Shown here: one piece after another, positions 9,682 to 19,647 of the stretch
Position numbering within the stretch: position 1 is the stretch's first letter
Layout of the letters: each line of letters begins with the position of its first letter
Assembly: GCA_963666055.2 (NCBI GenBank)
Contig: CAXWPH010000012.1
Coordinates: 413,976 to 477,975 of the forward strand
DNA: 64,000 nucleotides
Source of the DNA: Acidobacteriota bacterium
GTDB taxonomy: Bacteria; Acidobacteriota; UBA890; WLXD01
Direction: 5' to 3'
Notes under the pieces: model-generated
What the model was told of the DNA's origin: nothing
Database searches by the model: none
The model's input: only the letters and a program-made list of their open reading frames with translations
Translations under genes and position numbers: made by a program

Positions 9682-11751
9682 ATGGCCAAGTATCACGTTG
9701 TCCTAGCAAGGCAAGCTAGCTCCTTCGCCGCAATCATGCTGTTGGCAGGCCTTTCTCACGCCGGCGGGCAGCTGTCCCCGACCGAAAGCCAGATCCTGAG
9801 CGCTCTGGATAGCGACAGGACCATCGCCCTCACCCGCCGTCTCTCGGAGGAACTCGTCAAGAACGACTCGGGTGCGGGTGCCGGCTCGGCCATCGCTGGC
9901 AGCGCCGATGAGCGCCTCTTGGCCGGCTTCATCGAGGCGGAGATGAAGCGGCTAGGTCTGGAGGTGCGGCGGGAGAGCTTCCCCGTGCACGCCTATGACT
10001 ACGGCGAAGTGTCGCTGATCGCCGCTGGGAAAAGGCTCCCCGCGATCACCCTGCACACCGCCGCCGGTACCTCGGGTGCAGCCGAGGGAGTGCCCTATTC
10101 GAAGGGCAACACCGCGGGCGGAAGGACACTGCGGACGAAGCTGGTAGACGCCGAGGATGGGTTTGCCTCGGACTATGCGAAGCTGGACGAAGTGCGGGGC
10201 AAAGCGGTACTCGTGCGCCGGCCAGGATGGCCCAGCGGCTACGTGGTGATGGAAGCGGCACAGCGGGGAGCCTCCGCCATCCTGTTCTACGACTATGGCA
10301 ATTACAGCGGTGACTCGCCGGAAGACGCGTTGCAGCAGATGACCCTCGCGTATCGTGACCCGATCCCTGCAGTGACGATCAGCAACCGCGATGCCGCATG
10401 GCTCAAGGAGCGGCTTGCCGAGGGCCAGGTGATGATCGAGCTGGAGAACCGGGTCGATGTCGACTACGGCTTTTCCGAGAACGTCATCGGCATGTTACGG
10501 GGCAGGGAGTATCCCGACGAGTGGATCGTGGTCTCGGCACACCATGACCGCTGGTTCCAAGGAGCCCAGGATGACAGCGTTGGTGTGGCCGTCATGCTGG
10601 AGCTGGCCCGCGTGATCTCGGAAGGTTATCGACCGCGGCGCAGCTTCTTGTTCATTGCCTTTGGAAGCGAAGAAGTTGGGGGACTGTGGACCCAGTACGA
10701 CTGGCTGGCGGGTTCCCATGCGTTCATCCGGGCTCACCCCGAGGTCACCTCGCGACTGGCCTACGCCTTCAACGTCGATGGCGCCGGGTGGTCGGGGCGT
10801 GAGGGCCGAGTGTATGCAACCCTCGACCAGGTTGCCTTGCAGCGCGAATTGCTGGCGGAACTCGATCTTCAGGATCGGGTGACGGTGCGAGCGGGTGTGG
10901 CCAGATGGAACGACGCCTGGTCGCTCGGAGGCGTCCGGGGCGGAGCGGTCTCATATCTCTCCTGGGAGGGTGAATTCGGTCGCTACTACCACACGGAGCA
11001 TGATGTCTACCGTGCCGAGGACTACACAAACCTGATCGACGACCTGCGGCTCGGAGCACTCGGCGTGCTTCGGGTCGATCAATCGGTCGTTTTGCCAATT
11101 CGTTTCTCGGACGTCGCCGACTGGGTTAGTGGGCAACTCCGGAGCATAGAAGCGAGGCTCTCCGACGTTGCCGGGCCGTCCGAGCTGCTCCGCGAGGCTC
11201 AGAAGGGAGCCGACATGCTACGTACGCAGGCCGACAAGGCAGAGGCGGCCTATTCGTCGATAGGTGATGCCGCTGATGCAACGTTGCTGAACGCCTTGCT
11301 GATGAACACCCGCCACGACCTCGTTCCTTGGCTACTCAACACAGAAGAGCGCCTGCGAGGAAGCCGCTACGCGGAAGACTTCGCCGCTCTCCAGAGGGCT
11401 CGTCTTGCTGCTGCAGCAGGGGATACGGAGGCAGCGGCGAGGGCACTCGAGGAAGTCAACACGATGCTGTGGGGCAAGCGGGTCTCAACGGTGACCTACC
11501 GCGCAGAAAGACTGCTCTCCTACGAGCCGATCGGTTGGATGTGGGAGTTTGACCAGCACCCGCGTCCAGTCAGTCCGGAACTCCACACTATCTACTCGCA
11601 GCTCAGGGTGGGCGGCAGTAGTTCAGGTCTGGTCTCCAGGATCACCAGGCTCGAGGCGCAGGCGGAGGGCTCGCTGCGCGAGGCGCTGTTCATAGTGGGC
11701 GGCAAACTCCGGGAAGCCGCAAGCAAGCTTGCCGAGGCTCCGCTACCGTGA
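9682..11751 (+). CDS. secreted M28-family metallopeptidase with PA domain (copy A)
   Basis: SAHHDRW, GAQDDSVG, FGSEEVG, NVDG and YYHT..D Zn-ligand motifs; signal peptide; the ORF-track start at 9556 runs through the deacylase fragment. Confidence 0.88.
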   Translation: MAKYHVVLARQASSFAAIMLLAGLSHAGGQLSPTESQILSALDSDRTIALTRRLSEELVKNDSGAGAGSAIAGSADERLLAGFIEAEMKRLGLEVRRESFPVHAYDYGEVSLIAAGKRLPAITLHTAAGTSGAAEGVPYSKGNTAGGRTLRTKLVDAEDGFASDYAKLDEVRGKAVLVRRPGWPSGYVVMEAAQRGASAILFYDYGNYSGDSPEDALQQMTLAYRDPIPAVTISNRDAAWLKERLAEGQVMIELENRVDVDYGFSENVIGMLRGREYPDEWIVVSAHHDRWFQGAQDDSVGVAVMLELARVISEGYRPRRSFLFIAFGSEEVGGLWTQYDWLAGSHAFIRAHPEVTSRLAYAFNVDGAGWSGREGRVYATLDQVALQRELLAELDLQDRVTVRAGVARWNDAWSLGGVRGGAVSYLSWEGEFGRYYHTEHDVYRAEDYTNLIDDLRLGALGVLRVDQSVVLPIRFSDVADWVSGQLRSIEARLSDVAGPSELLREAQKGADMLRTQADKAEAAYSSIGDAADATLLNALLMNTRHDLVPWLLNTEERLRGSRYAEDFAALQRARLAAAAGDTEAAARALEEVNTMLWGKRVSTVTYRAERLLSYEPIGWMWEFDQHPRPVSPELHTIYSQLRVGGSSSGLVSRITRLEAQAEGSLREALFIVGGKLREAASKLAEAPLP

Positions 11752-11859
11752 GCACTCATCTCTCTAATTGGAAGAGCCGCTTGACTCCATAGAGGAAGGA
11801 ATGATCGGCTTGTCGAGCTTCACGCGCTGGTCGACCCATCCCTCCGTGATGTTCCCCGA

Positions 11860-11950
11860 CACTGGCCAAAACCAGATTGGTAGCGGTACCGTTACGCTGA
11901 TCCTCAACTGGTTCGACGAGCTGAAGCGGCTCGTGGCGACGGATCCGGAC
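11860..11950 (+). pseudogene. C-terminal remnant of a kinase/PD40-type protein
   Basis: VTLILNWFDELKRLV resembles the typical V.LNWFEELKRLVP terminus of acidobacterial kinase-TolB-like proteins. Confidence 0.6.
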
Positions 11951-12207
11951 TGGTGGAGTATCCGGGTTTGCGGGATACCAGGTCATGATGGGCGCTACCC
12001 GTCGATTGGGCAGAGGATCCCTGGAGAAAGCCGCGAAGCCGTGCTTGAATTCCGATGGCGTGAGACGTCGAACTATGGCCGAATACTCCTATGCATCGAA
12101 GGAGCCGTACTCGATTGATGCTCGTCGCTGGCAGCGATTAGAGTGCGCATGGCTCAGGACGCGCCAACTCCTCAGAGTGCATCGGCGGAGAGAGCTTGGA
12201 GGGCGGG

Positions 12208-13527
12208 ATGAGCAAGAAAGAGGAAGGCAACAAGTCGACCCGGCGTGACTTGGCGCGCAGCGCCGTTGTTGCGTACACCGCCGCCGCCATGGGGTTGCCA
12301 AGGAACCTGCTTGCCAGGGATATTCTAGATACGGGCCAGATGGGCGGCGGGGGATCGGGCGCCGCAGGGTGGCTAAAAAACACTGTTGCCGCGGAGTACT
12401 ACACGGACGCAGAGCGCTACGCGTTCGATGAGCGCTTGGTGGCCGATCATTTCTGGCTCATGGCCGATCACGAAAGCAGGATTCCCGACCCGGGCGACTA
12501 CTTCGCCTTCGAATACGGGCGCAGCGACAGCATCATCATCCTGCGCGATGACGCCGGCGCGGTGCGCGCTTACTACAACGTCTGCCGCCATCGTGGATCA
12601 AGGCTTTGTCGCCACGAAGCCGACGCCGTCCCGCAGGATGAACGCCTGTCGGTTCGACAGCTCGGGCAGACGGGCAACACGCCGGTCTTCCGATGCCCGT
12701 ACCACGCCTGGACCTACGACCTCAGCGGCAAGCTCGTCTATGCCTATGGCATGCAGGAAGACTTCGACCCAGCGGAGAACGGTCTCATCCCCTGCCACGT
12801 CCGCTCAGCAGACGGCTTCATCTTCATCAACCTCTCGCGAGAGCCGGAACCGCCGGAGTTCGAGTCAGCGATCGAGCCCTTCCGCCGCAAAGTGGGCGGA
12901 AAACACGGCACCGCACAATTGAAGGTCGGCGAACGAGTCTTCGTTCCGATGCACGCCAACTGGAAGCTGGCGCTCGAGAACTTCCTGGAGTGCTACCACT
13001 GCGGGCCGTCGCACGAGTACCTTTGCAGGGTGACCCCAAGCATTGACCTCTCGATACCTGAATCTCAAAGGCCTCCGCGAGGGAAGGCTCCGGGCTTCGT
13101 CACCGGCACGCTCGACGGCAAGCCGGCGGCACCGTTGCTGCCCGCCTTTGAGCGCAGAGAAATAACGTCGAGCCAAACGGCGACGGCTTGGTCGACCGGT
13201 TACTGGCTTGGCTACGACGATTACGTCTTCGCGGTTCGATTCACCCCCCGTGATGTCGACCTCACTGACGTGGAATGCCTCTGGCTCGTGCACCCGGATG
13301 CGAAGCGAGGCGTGGATTACGATGCGGAGAGGCTGAAGGAGTTGTGGTTCGTCACGCTCCTCGAGGATATCTGGTTGTGCGAGAACAACCACGCCGGCAT
13401 CTGCTCAGGCGCCTACGGGCCCGGGCGCTACTCCACCCATGAGATTGGCCGGATCTTGCCGGCTAATTTCATCCACTGGTACATGAACGCCGTAGCGGGT
13501 GACGTCGGGCCAGCGCTGCCATACTGA
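12208..13527 (+). CDS. Rieske non-heme iron oxygenase alpha subunit (GbcA/choline-monooxygenase-like), with Tat-like N-terminus
   Basis: NVCRHRG...CPYHAW Rieske ligands; NWKLALENFLECYHC..SH mononuclear Fe site; GGAGG RBS before ATG 12208. Confidence 0.9.
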   Translation: MSKKEEGNKSTRRDLARSAVVAYTAAAMGLPRNLLARDILDTGQMGGGGSGAAGWLKNTVAAEYYTDAERYAFDERLVADHFWLMADHESRIPDPGDYFAFEYGRSDSIIILRDDAGAVRAYYNVCRHRGSRLCRHEADAVPQDERLSVRQLGQTGNTPVFRCPYHAWTYDLSGKLVYAYGMQEDFDPAENGLIPCHVRSADGFIFINLSREPEPPEFESAIEPFRRKVGGKHGTAQLKVGERVFVPMHANWKLALENFLECYHCGPSHEYLCRVTPSIDLSIPESQRPPRGKAPGFVTGTLDGKPAAPLLPAFERREITSSQTATAWSTGYWLGYDDYVFAVRFTPRDVDLTDVECLWLVHPDAKRGVDYDAERLKELWFVTLLEDIWLCENNHAGICSGAYGPGRYSTHEIGRILPANFIHWYMNAVAGDVGPALPY

Positions 13528-13675
13528 CGAGCTACGGTGTCCGAGAGAGTGATCTGCGGTGAAGATCTTGCCGCCGGCGAGGGTCCAGTGGGTGCGCGGT
13601 TGACCTGAATCTCCGAGTTGCTGCGTTAGGTAGCGACTGCGGGCAACCCGCGAACTGCGCGGACCGAAGGTGCAC

Positions 13676-13756
13676 ATGAGAGATCGGGATCTTGATCTGG
13701 GAATGCACCGGGAGATCACCCGTCGCGATTTCGTCTCCGGTATCAGCGTAGCGCTG
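13676..13756 (+). pseudogene. 5' stub of an SpdH-like gene, fused to an inverted M28 fragment
   Basis: MRDRDLDLGMHREITRRDFVSG matches the N-terminus of 36413..38428. Confidence 0.7.
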
Positions 13757-15945
13757 ATTGTCCTGTCGCTATCCAGAGCGCTCAGGATCTGGCTTTCGGT
13801 CGGGGAGATCACCTCGTACCCGGCGCCGACGGTCTCCCGCTCAGCGCGCTCCGTAAACAACAGAGGAGGGTGAACCCTACCCCGAGATCCAGCTAGGACA
13901 ACGTGAAGAGCGGACTCCCCGAGGCCTGCAACGTACCGTCTATGTCCAACTGCTGCAGGAGGGTGCAGTTACCTGATGTTCCCAAACCCGAGTCTTTCTC
14001 GTTTTCGACGGACCAAAGTTGGGGTACACCTCATCAGGAGCGCATATGAGATGGGAAGTGGTACAAGTACAAGTCCTCGGGGCAAGCCAGGCGGAACGGC
14101 CGCTCATACGCTACTGATCGAGTATCGTTGATTGGGACTAACAGGCCGTGTTGAAAGTGTGATGGGTCTGGTTGCGCCGCCAAGGGTGCAGATGCAAGGT
14201 GCCGCGCCGGCGATGCCTTGGCGCATCGTTCAGGAGCGGCAACGCCGCCTATGTCCCCTTCGCGGCACAACCTCTACGGGCCACCACACTTCCACCACGG
14301 CCTGCTAAAGGTCACCGCGCCGGAATACGCATTGCGGAGGAACTGATTATGAAGGATCAGGTGTTGGCGACGATTCGTGGTATCAGCACTCATAGGAAGC
14401 CATATTTGTTTACCTCCCTACTCCTCCTCTCTTCTGCAATAGCCGCAGGACCACAAGTTTCTTCTGCAATGTCCGCAGGAGCGCAAGTTAGGCCAAACAT
14501 TCTCTACATAGTGGTCGACAACCAACCCGCCTCGATCGTGGGGGCTTATGGAAATCCGGATGTCAGGACGCCCAATATCGATCGACTAGCCAACGAAGGA
14601 ATACGTCTTACGCGTGTTTTCGCCGTGCACGGATATTGTTCTCCAACACGTGCAACACTGCTGACCGGACTTATGCCTTCTCAACATGGCGTTCACTCCT
14701 GGCTAGATAACGGAAAGATAGAGAATTGGCCCGAAGATTGGAATGCGATCAGAGAGTATAGAACGTTACCGTACACACTAAGGACTCGAGGATATCAGAC
14801 ATCATTAATCGGCAAATGGCACCTAGGTCACACACGCCCGCCGGACGGCTGGTTCGATTCTTGGGTGACGTTCGATGGCGGCCTCACCGCCGATTTCTGG
14901 TCCACTGAGATCAATGACAACAGCAGAACGTACAGGTTAGAGGATAAGCACAGTGTCGAGTTCTTTACCGACAAAGCAGTCGCATACTTGGAGGACTATG
15001 ATCATCAACGGCCCTTCTTCCTGCTAGTTACATTCAACGGTCCTTATATGCAACCTCCACCGAACCTCGGTCCCGCCAGGAACCCGCATTATGAATACTA
15101 TAAGGACAAAGAGTTCCCTTCGTTTCCTAGAAACAGGATCAACGACAGGATACTCGAGCGGTTAAGGCCCCCCTACTCCGGATGGTACGCCAGCTTGGCT
15201 CGCATGCATAACGACCAAGCATCGATGGCTAATATAGCGTCAGAGAATACGATGGTGGACGATGGTGTCGGCCGTCTGTTGACAGCACTGAAGGAAACCG
15301 GACTCGAAGAAGACACGTTAGTGATTTACACGAGTGATCAGGGAACCTTCTTCGGACAACATGGCCTTTGGGGCCATCCCGCTAGCACATTTCCAGCGAG
15401 CCTCTACGATACGCCGATGAACGTACCGTTCATTGCTCGCTATCCAGGCACCATTAAGACAGGGCAAGTAAGTGATCTGCTCGTTGGGCAATACGACCTT
15501 ATGCCCACAATACTTGATCTGGCTGGGTTTGGGGATGTGGAAATAGCCAACTCCCCTGGAAGGAGCTTTGCGGAACACCTGGAAGGGAGGAAGCTCGAGG
15601 CATGGGCCGATGCCGTGTATATGGATGAAGAGGCAACTCGTGCAATCAGAACCGATCGTTATTCCTATTGGAAACGGCTGAAAGGTACGGGTGAGCATGA
15701 GCTCTACGATATACAAGAGGATCCTGAGCAAATGCACGATCTATACGGGACTCCTGGCTACGCCGAAGCGGTTTCGGAACTGGATGGAAAGCTCACCACG
15801 TTCTTCGACACCTATTCTGATGTTGAGTATGATCTTTGGCGGGGCGGCACCGTGAAGGGATCGACCGACCACGTTCGAGTTTTCAAGTCTCTTTACGGTG
15901 AGCAGTGGGAGGAGGAGGCAAAAGTCAAACCAGCCTTTAGAGAGA
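13756..15945. repeat. inverted segmental duplication, partner 22615..24671
   Basis: M28 5' fragment, intergenic region and sulfatase gene are near-identical to the reverse complement of 22615..24671. Confidence 0.92.
14142..14304. mobile_element. second MITE-family copy (163 bp), CTAA target duplication
   Basis: CTAA-CAGGCCGTGTTGAAAGTGTG...CACACTTCCACCACGGCCTG-CTAA; absent from the duplicated partner region. Confidence 0.82.
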
Positions 15946-15965
15946 ACAATGGCGTTGTCCAGTAA
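14349..15965 (+). CDS. Cys-type (formylglycine-dependent) sulfatase, secreted (copy A)
   Basis: PNILYIVVDN, CSPTRATLLTG (CxPxR), GKWHLG, SDQG...HGLWGH; GGAGG RBS; visibly AT-richer than its flanks. Confidence 0.92.
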   Translation: MKDQVLATIRGISTHRKPYLFTSLLLLSSAIAAGPQVSSAMSAGAQVRPNILYIVVDNQPASIVGAYGNPDVRTPNIDRLANEGIRLTRVFAVHGYCSPTRATLLTGLMPSQHGVHSWLDNGKIENWPEDWNAIREYRTLPYTLRTRGYQTSLIGKWHLGHTRPPDGWFDSWVTFDGGLTADFWSTEINDNSRTYRLEDKHSVEFFTDKAVAYLEDYDHQRPFFLLVTFNGPYMQPPPNLGPARNPHYEYYKDKEFPSFPRNRINDRILERLRPPYSGWYASLARMHNDQASMANIASENTMVDDGVGRLLTALKETGLEEDTLVIYTSDQGTFFGQHGLWGHPASTFPASLYDTPMNVPFIARYPGTIKTGQVSDLLVGQYDLMPTILDLAGFGDVEIANSPGRSFAEHLEGRKLEAWADAVYMDEEATRAIRTDRYSYWKRLKGTGEHELYDIQEDPEQMHDLYGTPGYAEAVSELDGKLTTFFDTYSDVEYDLWRGGTVKGSTDHVRVFKSLYGEQWEEEAKVKPAFRENNGVVQ

Positions 15966-16268
15966 GTTCGCGGGCTAAGCGATCCGTCTGAGGAGCGGAC
16001 GAGTGAACGCCTTGTCGCCGCCGAAATACGGTGGCCTTCGCGCTCGGTGAGGCGGCCCCGTAGCCTTCGGGCTGGAGCCTCTGCGGGTCGGCTTCGTCGG
16101 CGCCGGGGGCGATGCGGTGCTAAGAAGCCAGCTGACTGAGAAATCTCAGTGCAGTGAGTAATGAGTTGCGAATCGGTGACTCGCGGTTTCTACGACTACC
16201 CGTGGTGGTTGGTTCCCTCGCTGCTCGCGGGATGCTTCACATATTTGGTGGAAGCTTGGCCGAGTCAG

Positions 16269-16298
16269 TTGACAGCGGCCTCGGTGCGGTGCTAGTAC
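16269..16298 (+). promoter_or_regulatory. putative sigma70 promoter of TonB receptor A
   Basis: TTGACA-18 nt-TAGTAC with TG extension, conserved upstream of the paralog. Confidence 0.55.
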
Positions 16299-16379
16299 CC
16301 CCTTCGAAGCATCAACTAGTTTGACATCGGGTGACGGCGTTGCCCACGGCGCGGGCGTTGCCCAGGAGAAAGAGGTGTA

Positions 16380-19259
16380 ATGCGCGCTACGCTCGCCGTC
16401 ATGACCCTTGCTATGGTGCTGATACTCCCCGCGCAGCTGATGGCGCAGGGCGCGCGGACGACCGGAATTATCGCCGGGGAGGTTCGGGACGTGGATGGTG
16501 CGGGGCTGCCCGGCGCCACCGCCACCATCGAGGGAGACAACCTCATCCAGGAATCTCTCTCGCAGGTAAGCGACGTCGCGGGGGTTTTCCGGTTTCGTAA
16601 TCTCAGGCCGGGAAGCTACATCGTGACGGTCGCACTCACCGGGTTTCAGACGATGGCCTACAACGTCCCGGTGAGCGTCGGCGCAACCTCAGCCGTGATC
16701 GCGGAGCTGCAGCTGGCGGGGGTCGCAGAGACCGTCACTGTGATCTCCGAGACGCCGTTGATCGACGTGGCGTCGGCATCGCTCGCGACGAATTACACGG
16801 CGGATCTGCTGGAAAACGTTCCGGTGGCGCGTGACTTCACCGAGATGACGAACTTCGCCCCTGGTTTCGCCGACAAGGGAGCCTATGGCGCCGGCGGCAA
16901 CCACGCCGAGGGCACCAGCGTGCATCGGGTGGGTGCGGCAACCAACGGCTACCGGCTCAACGGCGTTGACATCACCGAAAACGAATGGGGTGCCGCCTGG
17001 GTCAACCCGAACGTGGATACGATCGCCGAGATCCAGATTGTCGGTATCGGCGCCAGCGTCGAGTACAGCGAGTTCACCGGCGCGATGATCAATATTGTGA
17101 CCAAGGGGGGCACCAACGAGTTTCATGGCACCGGCGCTTTCTACTTCCAGAACGGCGATTTGAGAGCCGACAACTCGCGCGGCATCGTGGATCTGCAGCG
17201 CGGAAAGTTCTCCTACGACCGCGACCTTTCCGTCACTATCGGTGGCCCGATTGTGCGCAACAAGGCGCTCTTCTTTGCCAGCGCCGCCCGTCAAGAAACG
17301 CTCAAGTCGGTTGTCGCCGACCAGATCTGGGTGGACGGTGGAATCTCCGTCGAAGATGCCCAGCAGGGTAACGATAGGTGGACACTGCACGGCAGGCTGG
17401 ATTTCTTGCTCAACGACTCCAACACGCTCGGTTTCATGATCAACTATGATCCGGGCAGAGAGTCCAATAAGGACCTGCGACCAGGTTCGCCGGTCGACAT
17501 CGGCATGGATAGTAGCTACGGCAGCACGACCTTGTTGTTCAGCTGGCAATCCCAACTGGGCGACAACACCTTCACCGATCTCCGCCTCGCAGCCAATAGG
17601 GCGGACTACTTGCGCCTCCCGTTCGTGTGCTGCGAGCTACCCGATTACTGGTACAACGGGTCGAGGAGGATCACCCGGGGCTTCCTGGAGGACGAGGACA
17701 ACGCCCGCAAAGAGGTCTCGGCAACGGTGACCCAGTACGTCGACGACTTCCTGGGCGCCGCGCATGACGTCAAGGTCGGCCTCGGCTACAAGGACAGCTG
17801 GGCCAGCTGGCTTGCTAGTTATACCGGCCTCGGGGGTCTGTTTACCTATGGCTCGTACGTATACGGGTCTGTCTACGACTTTGGCCTCGAGGGCCAACTC
17901 CGACCCATGTCAGCCTTTATTCAGGATGTCGTTACCCCTAGCGACAACCTCACCCTCAACCTCGGGCTGCGCTATGACCACACGAACGGTTACGAAAGAC
18001 TCGGTGGGAAGTCAACCGGGAAGGGTCCGGCGGTAACGTTCAGGAACTTGGCGCCACGCCTTGGTGCAACCTTCGATCTGAGCGGTGATGGCCGTGCCGT
18101 TGTGCATAGCAGCTGGGGGCGCTACTTCGAAAAGATGACCGTCGGCTTCATCTCTGGCGCTAGCGGCACCGGGTACTCGGACCCATACCAACCCTACTCG
18201 TCGTACTTCTTCGTGATACCTGACGGGTTTTTCCCTGCCGACTACGACCCGCTCAATCCGACCGACGCGCAGTTGTTCGCGCTGCAAGACGCTGTTTTCC
18301 GACCCGAAAACCAGACTAGTGTCAGCGCCGCTATATTTCCGCTCGACCCAAACTTGCAGTCGCTGCACACGGATGTCTGGAACGTCGGATTCGAGTATGA
18401 ATTCGCCAGAAACTGGGTCGCGGGGGTCGACTACATCCACAAAGATGACCGCAACATGTTCCGACACAGGAACACCATCGAGCATGTGTACACGCCCTTC
18501 GAATTCACCGCCCCCGACGCGACGTTAGCGGACGGAACCGTGGTGCCCGGGTTGACACAAACGCTCTATTCGAGGGAGAGCGGCGAGTGGGCCCCCATCC
18601 GCAGCAACGACGACTTCTATAAGCGGCAGCACGACATCGTGATGCTGACGCTGGACCGACGGCGAACGGGTTCCGGCCTCAACTTCAGCACCTCGCTCGC
18701 CTACCAGAACCACAAGGGAACGTTTAATAATCGCGACGGCGACAGCGTCTGGGGTGGGGGCTTCGACGCAGCAAACAACCCGAACTTCAGGGGCCACCCG
18801 TTCGCCGAGTCTGGTCCGTTGGGCTTCAGCAGGAAGTGGAGCTGGAAGGTGCTGGGCAACTACAGGCTGCCTGGAGGCATCCTCGCGGGTATGTACTGGA
18901 ACCTGGCGTCGGGTCGGCCATGGAACCTCACGATCAGGCACGGACTCAGGGGGATTCCCCAGTTGCTCACCGCCAACTACAGCACTACGGCCATCGAGCC
19001 GGTCCGCAGCAGGACGTGGGACTCGCATAAGCAGCTCGATCTGCGGCTCTCGAAGTCCTTTGATATGGGGAGTAGTAGCCGGCTAGAGGTGATGGTCGAC
19101 GGATTCAACATGCTCAACGACTTCTCCCCGACCGGCGTTGAAGGGCGAATCGACCGAACGTTCGTCGTTGCCGGGGGCTCCGCGGTCGGGTCGCCCCGGC
19201 GATCAACCTCACTGCTGCCCGGGCGGCAGTTTCGGTTCGGGGTACGACTCTCCTTCTGA
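16380..19259 (+). CDS. TonB-dependent receptor, Oar-like with N-terminal carboxypeptidase-regulatory-like domain (copy A)
   Basis: Signal peptide; G.V.D..GA.LPGA; plug GAMINIVTKGGTNEFHG; LNLGLRYD; C-terminal RLSF. Confidence 0.93.
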   Translation: MRATLAVMTLAMVLILPAQLMAQGARTTGIIAGEVRDVDGAGLPGATATIEGDNLIQESLSQVSDVAGVFRFRNLRPGSYIVTVALTGFQTMAYNVPVSVGATSAVIAELQLAGVAETVTVISETPLIDVASASLATNYTADLLENVPVARDFTEMTNFAPGFADKGAYGAGGNHAEGTSVHRVGAATNGYRLNGVDITENEWGAAWVNPNVDTIAEIQIVGIGASVEYSEFTGAMINIVTKGGTNEFHGTGAFYFQNGDLRADNSRGIVDLQRGKFSYDRDLSVTIGGPIVRNKALFFASAARQETLKSVVADQIWVDGGISVEDAQQGNDRWTLHGRLDFLLNDSNTLGFMINYDPGRESNKDLRPGSPVDIGMDSSYGSTTLLFSWQSQLGDNTFTDLRLAANRADYLRLPFVCCELPDYWYNGSRRITRGFLEDEDNARKEVSATVTQYVDDFLGAAHDVKVGLGYKDSWASWLASYTGLGGLFTYGSYVYGSVYDFGLEGQLRPMSAFIQDVVTPSDNLTLNLGLRYDHTNGYERLGGKSTGKGPAVTFRNLAPRLGATFDLSGDGRAVVHSSWGRYFEKMTVGFISGASGTGYSDPYQPYSSYFFVIPDGFFPADYDPLNPTDAQLFALQDAVFRPENQTSVSAAIFPLDPNLQSLHTDVWNVGFEYEFARNWVAGVDYIHKDDRNMFRHRNTIEHVYTPFEFTAPDATLADGTVVPGLTQTLYSRESGEWAPIRSNDDFYKRQHDIVMLTLDRRRTGSGLNFSTSLAYQNHKGTFNNRDGDSVWGGGFDAANNPNFRGHPFAESGPLGFSRKWSWKVLGNYRLPGGILAGMYWNLASGRPWNLTIRHGLRGIPQLLTANYSTTAIEPVRSRTWDSHKQLDLRLSKSFDMGSSSRLEVMVDGFNMLNDFSPTGVEGRIDRTFVVAGGSAVGSPRRSTSLLPGRQFRFGVRLSF

Positions 19260-19292
19260 TCGGAATACACGCGAGCGGCGCCGTAACCACCT

Positions 19293-19610
19293 CTAAACCC
19301 GGTGCCCCTGGTCGAAGGCGGCCTGGGTGAGACAGACGGCAGCCGCGTCGGAGTTGGCGGTCGTGATACGCCCGAAGCGCTTGCAGCCCCGGACCCAGGG
19401 TGCCTGATCGTACGGCCAGTCCCGGATCGTAGAGGTCGTTGCCGGCGCCAGCGTAACCGTGTGGCCAGCGGTTGACGGTGATCGCCCGGATATCGCTGGC
19501 CGGATCGAAGCCGGCATCCGAAAGCGCCCGACCCATCTGGTGCCGGATGTTGCGCTCGAAGGGTCTCGAACCGGGTGGTTGGGGGACCATCGAGTTGTAG
19601 CACGCCATGA
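19293..19610 (-). pseudogene. internally deleted 3' fragment of an SpdH-like gene
   Basis: MACYNSMVP joined directly to FERNIR..GFDPA.DI.AITVNRWPHGYAG; frameshift; GRIT.ANSDAAA. Confidence 0.8.
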
Positions 19611-19647
19611 CGACGCCACCGGCGGCGGAGAGAGCTTGGAGGACGTG

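Noticed and set aside
14172-14348. N-terminal ORF-track extensions (14172, 24434, 19459, 38685, 50599, 55246, 56087, 9556)
   Set aside because: They run through MITE, pseudogene, neighbouring-gene or intergenic DNA; downstream starts have an RBS, signal peptide or family-typical N-terminus
14800-14910. Diversity-generating retroelement behind the sulfatase variable patch
   Set aside because: No reverse transcriptase in the window and the differences are not adenine-specific
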